Translations under genes and position numbers: made by a program
The notes under the pieces: model-generated
What the model saw: the letters and a program-made list of their open reading frames with translations, nothing else
Told to the model about the DNA's origin: nothing
Databases searched by the model: none
In this document: one piece after another, positions 50,433-59,986 of the stretch
Layout: the number at the start of each line of letters is the position of its first letter
Numbering within the stretch: position 1 is the first letter of the stretch
Origin: Desulfatiglandales bacterium
GTDB taxonomy: Bacteria; Desulfobacterota; DSM-4660; Desulfatiglandales; Desulfatiglandaceae
Assembly (NCBI GenBank): GCA_963662465.1
Contig: OY759599.1
Coordinates: forward strand, 3,808,001 to 3,872,000
Length of the DNA stretch: 64,000 nt
Direction: 5' to 3'

Positions 50433-51642
50433 TTGAGGTTCAAAATGTTTATAATTCATCTTATGTTCACCCTGGTATTCCTGTATATAATCATCACAAC
50501 CCTTTACCTCGTCATCCTGACCGTTGCCGCCTATTGTTTCACGAAGAAGCAAGGATCTATTCCCGGACCCTTTTCCATAGCGCTCATCATCCCCGCTCAC
50601 AACGAGGCCCTTGAAATCGGGAAGACCATTGAAAATGTCAAGGGCTGCGGTTATCCTGAAGATGCCTACGGTATTGTGGTGATTGCCGATAACTGCAACG
50701 ATGAAACCGCTTCCCTGGCCCGGTCCGCGGGGGCTGTGGTGGTGGAGCGGACGGACATGGCAAACCGCGGGAAAGGCCAGGCCCTGGACTGGTTTTTCAA
50801 GAACCACGCCGACATTTATGGACGCTACGATGCCGTGGCCATCATGGATGCGGATACCCTTATGCATGGATTTTCTCTCTGAAATATCATCGAGTCTTTC
50901 TTCTCCGGGGGTGAACGCGATGCAGGGTTATTACGGGGTTTCCAATCCAGAGGACAACTGGCGTACGGCATTGTCTTCCGCCGCCCTGAATGTATTTCAC
51001 CATATTCGTCCCGCCGGCCGCAACCGCATCGGGGGGACGGCAGGGCTCAAGGGAAACGGTATGGCCTTTAAAACCGACATCCTCAAAACATACGGCTGGC
51101 CCGCTTATTCTATTGTGGAAGATATTGAATTTTCCATGATCCTGCTTCACGATGGCATCATTGTGCATTACAACCCGGACGCCATCGTTTATGGAGAGAT
51201 GGCCACGGAAAAGAAACAGGCCGAAACCCAGCGAAAGCGCTGGGAAGGGGGGCGTTTCGAGGTACTCAAGAAATACGCTTCGCCGCTGCTCAAAATGTGG
51301 TTCAAGGACAAAAAAAAGGTGCAATACCTGGATGGTTTCATGGAGTTGTTTACCCCGCCCCTGTCACTTCTGGTGATAGGACAGATCCTTTTTTTTGGGG
51401 TGTCGGCCTTTATGTATCCGGCCCTGTTTAGACTTTCCATCTACTGCCTGTTGGGAACCGCGTTCTATGTCTTTTCGGGATTGATCCTCAAGAAAGCGCC
51501 CCTTTATGTCTGGAAATGCCTTTTTTCGGCCCCTTTCTTTATCCTCTGGAAAATCCCCATCTATCTGAAAGTCGTAAAAAAGGGCAACCAGAACACCTGG
51601 GAGAGGACTCAGCGAAAATCCGAACTGGAGAAGAAAGAGTGA
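50433..51642 (+). pseudogene. Glycosyltransferase family 2, copy 2, frameshifted
   Basis: 2-nt deletion after 50867 (ATGCATCCGGAT in copy 1, ATGCATGGAT here). Confidence 0.88.
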
Positions 51643-51655
51643 TAGGCCATTCGAT

Positions 51656-51800
51656 TTCGCAACTCCGGAACTGCTTTGGCGCGTGCTGACCGCAAAACGG
51701 TGGGTGTTACTCAAGGCTCTCTGTGGAGCAGGCCCTGTATCAATCCGCGAAGCTGCTTGACGTGTTGGGCGCGATGTTAAGGCAGTCCACAGCGATGTTA
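51656..51800 (+). pseudogene. Internal fragment of the HTH gene 27355-27702
   Basis: Matches 27457-27601; CGA changed to a TGA nonsense codon. Confidence 0.88.
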
Positions 51801-51960
51801 AGTACCCGAACAATAGTTTTTTGGTATGAACTTAAGCAAAATTAATTCGGAATTCTCTGCCAATGTTTTTCAAAACATTTTCAACTTCATGGTCTAAATC
51901 TTTTAAAGAGTTATAGGCTGAGAAAAGCAACCATTTATATTTGACAAATCGCCAAAGAAT
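51801..51960 (-). mobile_element. IS630-family remnant (3' end of the transposase and right end)
   Basis: ILWRFVKYKWL.FSAY.S...L...V..VL..IG..FRINFA* resembles an IS630 C-terminus; junction at TA 51799-51800. Confidence 0.62.
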
Positions 51961-52279
51961 GGGGATACTCAATATATCACACGTTGGCGATGAAAAGGCT
52001 GACCACAACATCTGGATGTCATTCAAACGTCTTTGGCTCCATACTGTCAAGAGCTATTCCAGGGAAACGTGAAGTATTGATCTCGCAGTCTTGCGAAATT
52101 CTGACCACTATGCTCCGGAAGTATCATGTACAAAAGTCCGCGTTTAGAGGACCACCGAAAACATGTAAGATTGGATGTGTAAACATGAATCGGCCAATTT
52201 CATGACCACCGGAAAGATGGGTTAATGAGTTATTCACTTGTTTCAATGTCAACCTTTAACGCAAAAGGGGTGAGGAAAG

Positions 52280-53605
52280 ATGAGAATAAAGATCGCGGGT
52301 ATTGTGCTGTTTTTCTGTTTTGTGGTAACCGGTCTTTTTGGGGCTTCCATGGTCTTGTCATCTGATGACATAATTAATCCGCAGGGAAGCGAGACAGGGG
52401 ATAACGTCTGGTATGGGGAAGCTGCATGCGATAGCATCACGAGCGGAGCAGGTAACTCCTTTTTCGGAAGGGCCGCCGGGTATTCGAATACCACCGGTAA
52501 CGAGAACTCCTTTTTCGGAAGGGCTGCCGGTCTTATTAACACCACTGGAAACAACAATTCCTTTTTCGGAACAGATGCGGGGCATGAGAACAAAGACGGA
52601 CACTCCAACTCCTTTTTCGGATGGAAAGCCGGACATAACAACACTTCAGGATACTCAAACTCCTTTTTCGGGCTAAACGCCGGTCTTAGTAACACCACCG
52701 GAGACAACAATTCCTTTTTTGGAAGGGCCGCCGGGTATTCGAATACCACCGCAGACAACAATTCTTTTTTCGGGCAGGGCGCCGGTATCAATAACACTGG
52801 AGGAAGCGATAACGCCTTTTTCGGGCAGGATGCAGGGTGGAATAATACTAGCGCCAATTATAATACCTTTATCGGACAGGAAGCCGGACAAAGTGTAGAT
52901 AATCCCCTGACCGGAGGTAGCAACGTCTTTGTTGGACAGCGCACTGGATGGAAGAACACCAGCGGGCATTCCAATACTTTTCTCGGAAGAAATGCCGGTG
53001 CGTTTAACACAGAGGGATCCAGCAATACCTTTGTAGGGAGGGCTTCGGGATACCACAACCTGACTGGAGATCTTAATGTGTTCCTGGGTTATAATTCGGG
53101 ATATAATGAAACCGGATCCAACAAGCTCTATATTGCTAATACCGGCACTATTAACCCTCTTATCTGGGGTGATTTTAACACCAGAAACCTGGTGATAAAC
53201 GGAAACTTCCGGGCTATTGCAGTTACAAGCCCTTCGGATTTACGCTTAAAAAGGAATATTAAACCATTGGAATCATCCCTAGACAAAATATCCAATCTTC
53301 AGGGTGTGACCTATGAGTGGAATCGAGAAGACTATCCCGATGCGGGAATGACCGAGGGCAAACAGATCGGCCTGGTTGCACAAGACGTTGAAAAAGAGTT
53401 CCCTGAACTGGTCTCTGAGGACAAGGACGGCTATAAGGGTTTGTCCTATTCAAAATTGACGGCCGTGCTCGTTGAAGCTGTTAAGGAGTTGAAGACTGAG
53501 AATCAGAGTCAGAAAAAACTGATAGAGGCGCAACGGAACCAATTTAAGAAACAGCAGGCCGAAATTGAAGAATTACGTTCGATGATAAAAGAATTGAAGA
53601 GCTGA
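52280..53605 (+). CDS. Secreted trimeric fibre-like protein with 14-aa repeats and a C-terminal S74 intramolecular chaperone
   Basis: Signal peptide; NSFFGRAAGYSNTT-type repeats; SDLRLKRNI, IGLVAQDVE, LSYSKL..VLVEAVKE, coiled coil. Confidence 0.88.
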   Translation: MRIKIAGIVLFFCFVVTGLFGASMVLSSDDIINPQGSETGDNVWYGEAACDSITSGAGNSFFGRAAGYSNTTGNENSFFGRAAGLINTTGNNNSFFGTDAGHENKDGHSNSFFGWKAGHNNTSGYSNSFFGLNAGLSNTTGDNNSFFGRAAGYSNTTADNNSFFGQGAGINNTGGSDNAFFGQDAGWNNTSANYNTFIGQEAGQSVDNPLTGGSNVFVGQRTGWKNTSGHSNTFLGRNAGAFNTEGSSNTFVGRASGYHNLTGDLNVFLGYNSGYNETGSNKLYIANTGTINPLIWGDFNTRNLVINGNFRAIAVTSPSDLRLKRNIKPLESSLDKISNLQGVTYEWNREDYPDAGMTEGKQIGLVAQDVEKEFPELVSEDKDGYKGLSYSKLTAVLVEAVKELKTENQSQKKLIEAQRNQFKKQQAEIEELRSMIKELKS

Positions 53606-53633
53606 TTCATATTATGTCTGCAAAAGAAATATG

Positions 53634-53950
53634 GGGAGGAACGATTACGGATTACACTGTCCTTTTGACGCCAGGATTGGCCTGTCGCCAATTAAATTTA
53701 ATCGTCAGGTGGCTCTGGTATGGGGGTCACCACCTTCCCACCAGTTTTGTCTTGCCCTGAACCAAATATAGTGATTTGTATGTCCCATGAGGTCAACTCC
53801 ACTATTTGTCTGAATCGATATCTCAAACGATTTCTCGCGGTCGAATGTTTGTGATATCATCATTGGGATTGGGAGGGCGGCGGATTCAGGGTTGAGAGAT
53901 GCATGGAACTGGAAATTTTCTGATCACACCAGGCTGGGACTATCTCCAAC
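53634..53950 (+). repeat. Non-coding repeat R1, copy 2
   Basis: Near-identical to 38718-39028. Confidence 0.9.
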
Positions 53951-54410
53951 ATATCTCAGGCTCGGTTTCAAATGAGAAACGGACAGGATATTCAGAAAAA
54001 GTGTAGCACATTGACCCCATGAACCCAGAATGGGAGAACCACTACATCTTGTGGTCGCGTCCTTTTCAAACTGATAATCCAAAAGTGAAGGTTTCCTATA
54101 TTTATGTTTACTGTTACACTGTGCTCTTGGGAGCCTCAGAAAAATGGGTTTTTGACGCCCATTTTTCCGATAACAAAAAGTGAAGGATGCTGATTCTATT
54201 TTTCCGTTCGAAAGCTGAAAGGCATACCCTTTGAATCATCGTTTTCATATTGAGACTGTTAAATTTTTTAAATGTTTCATACTGAGACTGCTGTTTTGTT
54301 CTCATCACCGCAGGCCGTTTCTGGTAGGCCTGTTTATTTATTAATTATTCCTTACTAATACAACATGTTATGTTCAAAAACTGTTTGGACGCCAACTATT
54401 CCCCAATTTG

Positions 54411-54426
54411 AGGCACACAATTTGCA
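54411..54426 (+). promoter_or_regulatory. Sigma-54 promoter upstream of the PEP-CTERM gene
   Basis: AGGCAC-ACAAT-TTGCA (GG-N10-GC), ~107 bp before ATG 54533. Confidence 0.65.
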
Positions 54427-54532
54427 GTTATAAATTTGAGTGTAGAAGATATACTGGTTCTCATATTCAAGTTCGATGAAACAGGAACCTGATTTGCCTC
54501 TTACTGGAAAAGCGTATTAAGGAGCCAAAATA

Positions 54533-55306
54533 ATGAAAAAGCCGCTCAAAAAGATACTGTATTTGTTACTCTTGTTTTCATTGGTTGCAATAGGAACGGA
54601 TGCCAACGCAACTTTTTTCTCCGGCAGCGTAACCGGAGAGTGGGGAAATGTCATTTCTACCGACAACAATGATGTTTATAGTATCAGCAATAAGGATGAT
54701 CGTGGGCGGAATGGTGTTGCCAAATTCAATTGGGGAGAGGGTGGCTCATATCCTGCTACCTCGTTTGACAACCAATTCACCTTTGATGGCGTCGGTAGCG
54801 ACCCTGGAGAATCGGAATGGGACGTAGAGGAAGCGATTGCGTTTCTTCTGGGGGATTTTACCTATCGAAACGGGTCGACCTATAATTCAACAGGCGTCGA
54901 TGGCGTTGATCTCAATGTAATGGTTTCCCTTTCAAGCCCTGTAAATACAGACTATAATTTTTCAAGTTTTGGATTTACAATAACAAACACGCCCAATTCA
55001 ACAGGAAATTCGGTAACGGATGGTGATATTGTCATCCTTGCCAATAACACAACAGATAACACCTTTAGCTATGCCGGGACTGAATACACGCTCGAAGTCC
55101 TTGGATTTTCGAAGGATTCTGGAAATACATTTGCCTATAATTTCAGCAGCCCAGAAGGAGCAACTGCAAGTGCTGGGCTTTACGGAAAAATCAGCAAAAC
55201 AGGTGGTAGCGCCCAAGTCCCCGAACCAGCAACCATTTTCCTGTTGGGTTCCGGGCTATTGGGTCTCTTCGGATATCGAAAGAAATTCAATAAAACTGAT
55301 AATTGA
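54533..55306 (+). CDS. PEP-CTERM sorting-domain surface protein (choice-of-anchor K-like)
   Basis: Signal peptide ANA-T; Ser/Thr/Asn-rich; VPEPATIFLLGSGLLGLFGYRKK. Confidence 0.92.
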   Translation: MKKPLKKILYLLLLFSLVAIGTDANATFFSGSVTGEWGNVISTDNNDVYSISNKDDRGRNGVAKFNWGEGGSYPATSFDNQFTFDGVGSDPGESEWDVEEAIAFLLGDFTYRNGSTYNSTGVDGVDLNVMVSLSSPVNTDYNFSSFGFTITNTPNSTGNSVTDGDIVILANNTTDNTFSYAGTEYTLEVLGFSKDSGNTFAYNFSSPEGATASAGLYGKISKTGGSAQVPEPATIFLLGSGLLGLFGYRKKFNKTDN

Positions 55307-55521
55307 CAGCAAACCCTATTTAATGGAACCCCAACTCGAAGATTTAACCTTTGGGTTGGGGTTCTTTGTGTTATGAGCCACAAAATAACCATCACTGTAT
55401 ATTTAAGAACGATCTCAGAGCGATGCTTGCGTCCCCATTACCGTAGACTGTCGTTACATAACGGAAGGTTGCCTATATTGTATAGTTGCGTCAAGATGCA
55501 AATACCAATAAAGGTTGTGTT

Positions 55522-55906
55522 TTTAAAAGATTAAATGATGGACAGGATTGTCATTGCACGAGAAAACACCAATAAAAAGGTGTAAAGGGGTCTGAAGGAA
55601 CTTGTTCAGACGCCGTCTCCTCATCCTGTCCATCTAAAAAATCCTGTTCATCGTGTTCAAAACAGTGGAGAGGCCAACAATGCCGGACAACCCTTTGCCC
55701 GTTTTTGAAATCTATAAAATCCGGACATCAGCGGCGGCCACAAGGCGGGACAATTAAAAAAAACGCGCTCCCACACGCTGTGTGGGGATGGATGAAAGTC
55801 AGGCCTTGGCCAGCCGGCCCCGCTTTTTGTCCGTAGCCATTTTTTGTGTATGTTATGAGTTGTTGATGGTACGATGTGTTCCTCATAATAGAGCGTGTTG
55901 TTCTGC
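55522..55906 (+). repeat. 385-bp repeat R4, copy 2
   Basis: Near-identical to 48237-48621. Confidence 0.92.
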
Positions 55907-56211
55907 TTAATATTGATTTTTACATAAACGAATATCTGCTGTACGAAGATGCAACTGAAGCAAAGGATGGGGCATCTTTTGCTGGGATGTTTTTGGGTGA
56001 CTGGTTTATAAGAAAAGCAACGTGGGCAAATAAGTCAAGTATTAAGGGGTATGTAGCGAGCCTCAAGAAGTTCTACACATTTTTACAAGAGAAAGGATTG
56101 ATCGATAAAGAAGATCTGACTGAGTTGAAGCAAACGATAAAAGAAGAGATGCCTGAATGGTTGGCAACCTTGGAGGAGTATGATGATCCGTCAATTGAGG
56201 ACCTTTGGTAA
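55907..56211 (+). pseudogene. 5'-truncated gene resembling an integrase SAM-like N-terminal-domain protein
   Basis: NIDFYINEYL...FLGDWFIRKA.W....IK....SLKKFYTFL; the predicted start lies inside repeat R4. Confidence 0.55.
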
Positions 56212-59177
56212 GGAAAAACTTGACGCACAAAAATTCCGCAACCGATTACATCGATTTTAATGCACTGTATGAGAAATATCAGGCGCTGCTTGAAGAGAAC
56301 CTTTCTCTCAAAGCTGAAATCCGGGAACTGAAAAGACAACCCCTGTTGCCCTTCTATCCGCATCCTGTGTTGGATACCCCACCATTGCTTCAGGAACAGC
56401 TTATCGGCGAGTCATCAAAGCCGACAATTTCAAATACGGGGACCGTCACCAACCTCTCCCGGCCCGCCGATAAAATTGAACTTTTTATGTCGCTTTTTAG
56501 AGGCCGGGAGGATGTCTATGCCAGGAGATGGGAAAGCAAAACCGGAAAACGCGGATACAGCCCTGCCTGTTTGAATGAATGGAAACCGGGCGTATGCCAT
56601 AAGCCAAGAACTAAATGCTTCAATTGTAAATACCGATCTTATGCGCCTTTGAATGAAAAAGTGGTTGACAGCCATCTGCGCGGGGAAATGGTGATTGGGA
56701 TATACCCGTTGTGCCGCGATGAAACCTGTCATTTTCTGGCCATTGATTTTGACAAAGACGGCTGGCAGCAGGATGTTGCAGCAATAAGGGCTGTGTGTGG
56801 GGAGTTTGGAATTCCCATCGCTCTTGAACGTTCCATGTCAGGCAATGGCGCTCATGTATGGATCTTCTTTAAAATGAATATTCCTGCCGCTACGGCAAGG
56901 CGATTGGGTTCAGGCCTCCTCACCCATGCCATGGCGCGACGTCATGAGATCAAGTTTAAATCCTATGACAGACTTTTCCCGAACCAGGACACGATGCCCA
57001 AAGGCGGTTTGGGAAATCTGATTGCCGCGCCCCTTCAAATGGCAGCGCGAAAAAAAGAAAACAGCGTTTTTGTTGATGAGCGTTTTATCCCTTATGAAGA
57101 TCAATGGGAATTCCTGGACCAAATGCAAGCCCTTGGGCCGGAGGAGATATCAAAACTTGTCACGAGGCTTTGTCCGGAAAACGAACTGGGATACCTGAAA
57201 GCGGATGAATCTGTTACAAAAAAACCTTGGGAACGTTCCCATATGGATCTCAAAAGAAAGGATTTTCCGGAAACTTTTGATATCGTAAAATCCGGTATGC
57301 TTTATGTGGATAAGAAAGGCTTTTCCCAAAAGGCGCTGAATATCTTGAAACGATTGGCGGCCTTTAACAATCCGGAATTTTACAAAGCCCAGGCCATGCG
57401 GATGCCCACTTACGGCAAATCCAGAATTATTTCCTGCTTTGATGATTTTGAGACTCACCTCGGCCTGCCTCGGGGGTGCGAAAATGATCTGCGTGAACTT
57501 TTCGATGGATTCAGCCTCCAGCCGCGCTGGTTTGATGAAACACAGCATGGGAAGACCATTCGGGTGGAATTCGAGGGTAAACTCCGAGAAGAACAGCAAG
57601 CGGCACTTGATGCCTTGATGAAGTATGATATTGGCGTTTTGTCCGCTACAACCGCCTTTGGAAAAACCGTTGTAGGCGCCGGACTCATCAGTGAACGGAA
57701 GGTTAACACATTGATTCTGGTACACCGGCAACAGCTTTTGTCCCAATGGATGAAGCGATTGTCCGATTTTCTGGTAATACGGGAGGAACTCCCCGAACTG
57801 CCCGAAAAGAGGGGACGAAAAAAGGAACAGGGACTCATTGGGCAGATGGGCGCGGGGAAAAACCGGCCGAGCGGCATTATTGATGTCGCCATGATGCAGT
57901 CTTTGAATTCGAGGGAAGAAATTAAAGACTGCATAAAGGACTACGGGATGGTGATTGTTGATGAGTGCCATCACGTGCCGGCCTTCAGTTTTGAACAGAT
58001 ATTGAAAAATGCAACAGCAAGATATGTTTACGGTTTAACGGCAACGCCCGCCAGGAGGGATGGGCATCATCCCATTCTTTTTTTTCAATGCGGTCCCATC
58101 CGGTACAGTGTTGATGCAAAAAAGCAGGCTCAACAAAGACCTTTTGACCATTACGTTCTTCCAAGATTCACATCCTTTAAACTTCCATTCCGAAAAGGTG
58201 ACGATGATCCTTCCATTCAGGAGATTTACTCAACACTTGCCTCCGATGAAATTCGCAATGATTTAATCGTTGACGATGTGACGGCATGCCGTCAAAAAGG
58301 CCGGAATTCCCTTGTGCTGACCGGGCGGATTGCCCACGTTAAAGCATTGGCTGAAAAACTCAGACACAGTATCCCGAATGTGGTTGTCTTGACAGGCGGT
58401 ATGGGAACCAAAACAACCGGCAATTTGCTGGAGATGATATCCTCAACGCCCCGGGAGAACCCGCTTACGCTGGTTTCAACGGGAAAGTTTATCGGCGAAG
58501 GGTTTGATGAACCGAGACTTGACACCCTGTTTCTGGCCATGCCCATCTCCTGGAAAGGCACGTTGCAGCAGTACGTCGGAAGATTGCACCGGTTATGCGA
58601 CCATAAAAAGGATGTTCAAGTCTATGATTATGTGGATATCCATGTGCCCATGCTGGAAAAAATGTATGGGAAAAGATTAAGAGGTTACGCTTCCATCGGG
58701 TATCAGGCAAAGGGAGAGAGCATTCCAGGGGCGCCCGCTGACATTATCTTTGACAATCGCAGCTTTTTTAGCGTTTACACAAATGATATCGAAAATGCAT
58801 CCAAACAAATCTTGATCGTCAGTCCCTTTGTCACTGAAAAACGAGTCTCCCAGATGATGCCGTATTTCGAAGTGCTTCTGAAAAAAAAGATCGCCGTTAC
58901 CATCCTTACCCGGCCCGCGGAAAATTTCAAAATTGAAAAACTGAGGATGCTGAGGAGCATTTTCAGAAGTCTGATGGATGCCGGGATCAGGGTCATTTTC
59001 AAATCCCATATTCATCAGAAATTTGCCGTCATCGACCGAAAGATTGTCTGGTACGGCAGTATTAACCTGTTAAGTTTCGGCGTTTCCCAAGAGAGCATCA
59101 TGCGGTTGCTCAGCGGCGGGATTGCATATGAATTACTGCAGAGCGTTAATGCCGATGATCTTGATTTAAGGCTTTGA
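56205..59177 (+). CDS. AEP primase-like domain plus SF2 (DEAH-like) helicase plus PLD-like nuclease (TOTE-like architecture)
   Basis: AIDFD, ERSMSGNGAHVW; TAFGKT, DECHH, TAT, QYVGRLHR; IVSPF, HQKFAVID, GSINL. Confidence 0.82.
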   Translation: MVRKNLTHKNSATDYIDFNALYEKYQALLEENLSLKAEIRELKRQPLLPFYPHPVLDTPPLLQEQLIGESSKPTISNTGTVTNLSRPADKIELFMSLFRGREDVYARRWESKTGKRGYSPACLNEWKPGVCHKPRTKCFNCKYRSYAPLNEKVVDSHLRGEMVIGIYPLCRDETCHFLAIDFDKDGWQQDVAAIRAVCGEFGIPIALERSMSGNGAHVWIFFKMNIPAATARRLGSGLLTHAMARRHEIKFKSYDRLFPNQDTMPKGGLGNLIAAPLQMAARKKENSVFVDERFIPYEDQWEFLDQMQALGPEEISKLVTRLCPENELGYLKADESVTKKPWERSHMDLKRKDFPETFDIVKSGMLYVDKKGFSQKALNILKRLAAFNNPEFYKAQAMRMPTYGKSRIISCFDDFETHLGLPRGCENDLRELFDGFSLQPRWFDETQHGKTIRVEFEGKLREEQQAALDALMKYDIGVLSATTAFGKTVVGAGLISERKVNTLILVHRQQLLSQWMKRLSDFLVIREELPELPEKRGRKKEQGLIGQMGAGKNRPSGIIDVAMMQSLNSREEIKDCIKDYGMVIVDECHHVPAFSFEQILKNATARYVYGLTATPARRDGHHPILFFQCGPIRYSVDAKKQAQQRPFDHYVLPRFTSFKLPFRKGDDDPSIQEIYSTLASDEIRNDLIVDDVTACRQKGRNSLVLTGRIAHVKALAEKLRHSIPNVVVLTGGMGTKTTGNLLEMISSTPRENPLTLVSTGKFIGEGFDEPRLDTLFLAMPISWKGTLQQYVGRLHRLCDHKKDVQVYDYVDIHVPMLEKMYGKRLRGYASIGYQAKGESIPGAPADIIFDNRSFFSVYTNDIENASKQILIVSPFVTEKRVSQMMPYFEVLLKKKIAVTILTRPAENFKIEKLRMLRSIFRSLMDAGIRVIFKSHIHQKFAVIDRKIVWYGSINLLSFGVSQESIMRLLSGGIAYELLQSVNADDLDLRL

Positions 59178-59230
59178 GAAATAGACGGTTCAATTACCAT
59201 TTCAGAGCGATTTTCGGGGGTAGCTGGAAG

Positions 59231-59980
59231 ATGGTATTGAATATGGAAGTATCTGGGGATCGGAGATTGTCCATGGATCGGGTGGATCTCTGGTGGGAAA
59301 ATATTGACAGCCGGCCTCAAAGGATCTCCGAGTTCTGGAAAATGCTATCTGAAGATGAACGGAACCGTGCTGAAAGATTTCGCTTTGAACGCCACCGAGA
59401 GCGCTTTATCGTTCAAAGGGGCAGGCTCAGGGAAATTTTGAGCGGTTATGGGGATGTGCCACCCGGCGCAATCCGATTCCGTGAAGGATCCGACGGAAAA
59501 CCGGAGATTGAAGGGGATAACCCCATAATTCGTTTCAATCTCTCTCATTCAGGCGGACATGCCCTCTATGCGGTTGCATATGGCAGGGAAGTGGGGGTCG
59601 ACGTGGAGGTGGTTCGACCAAAACCGAAAGCCGCTGGATTGGTGGCGCGTTTTTTTTCACCCAATGAAAAACAGGCTTTTCGAAAGCTTGAACCCTGTGA
59701 AGAAGAAGCGGCCTTTTATGCCGGCTGGACGCGCAAGGAGGCCTATGTGAAGGCCTTGGGCAAGGGGTTGCGGTTTCCCCTGGACCGGTTCGATGTTTCC
59801 CTGAAATCCGGGGATCAAGAGGCCCTGCTCCATGTGGAAGGTGCGCCCGAGGAATTGAAGCGCTGGTCCCTTCGGGACATCGATCTGGGGCCGGGTTTCA
59901 AGGCCGCTTTGGCGGTGGAGCTGACAAATTCATCTCCCGTGGCGGGTCTTTCAATTCAATTCAGAAGTTATCGCCCTTGA
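59231..59980 (+). CDS. 4'-phosphopantetheinyl transferase (Sfp type)
   Basis: GKP, FNLSHS, VGVDVE, WTRKEAYVKA.G.GL; start uncertain. Confidence 0.9.
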   Translation: MVLNMEVSGDRRLSMDRVDLWWENIDSRPQRISEFWKMLSEDERNRAERFRFERHRERFIVQRGRLREILSGYGDVPPGAIRFREGSDGKPEIEGDNPIIRFNLSHSGGHALYAVAYGREVGVDVEVVRPKPKAAGLVARFFSPNEKQAFRKLEPCEEEAAFYAGWTRKEAYVKALGKGLRFPLDRFDVSLKSGDQEALLHVEGAPEELKRWSLRDIDLGPGFKAALAVELTNSSPVAGLSIQFRSYRP

Positions 59981-59986
59981 AATCCA

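Noticed and set aside
52280..53605. Prophage tail gene
   Set aside because: It has a signal peptide and there are no other phage genes nearby
38520..54110. CRISPR array among the intergenic repeats
   Set aside because: Units are long, diverged and dispersed; no regular repeat-spacer period and no cas genes
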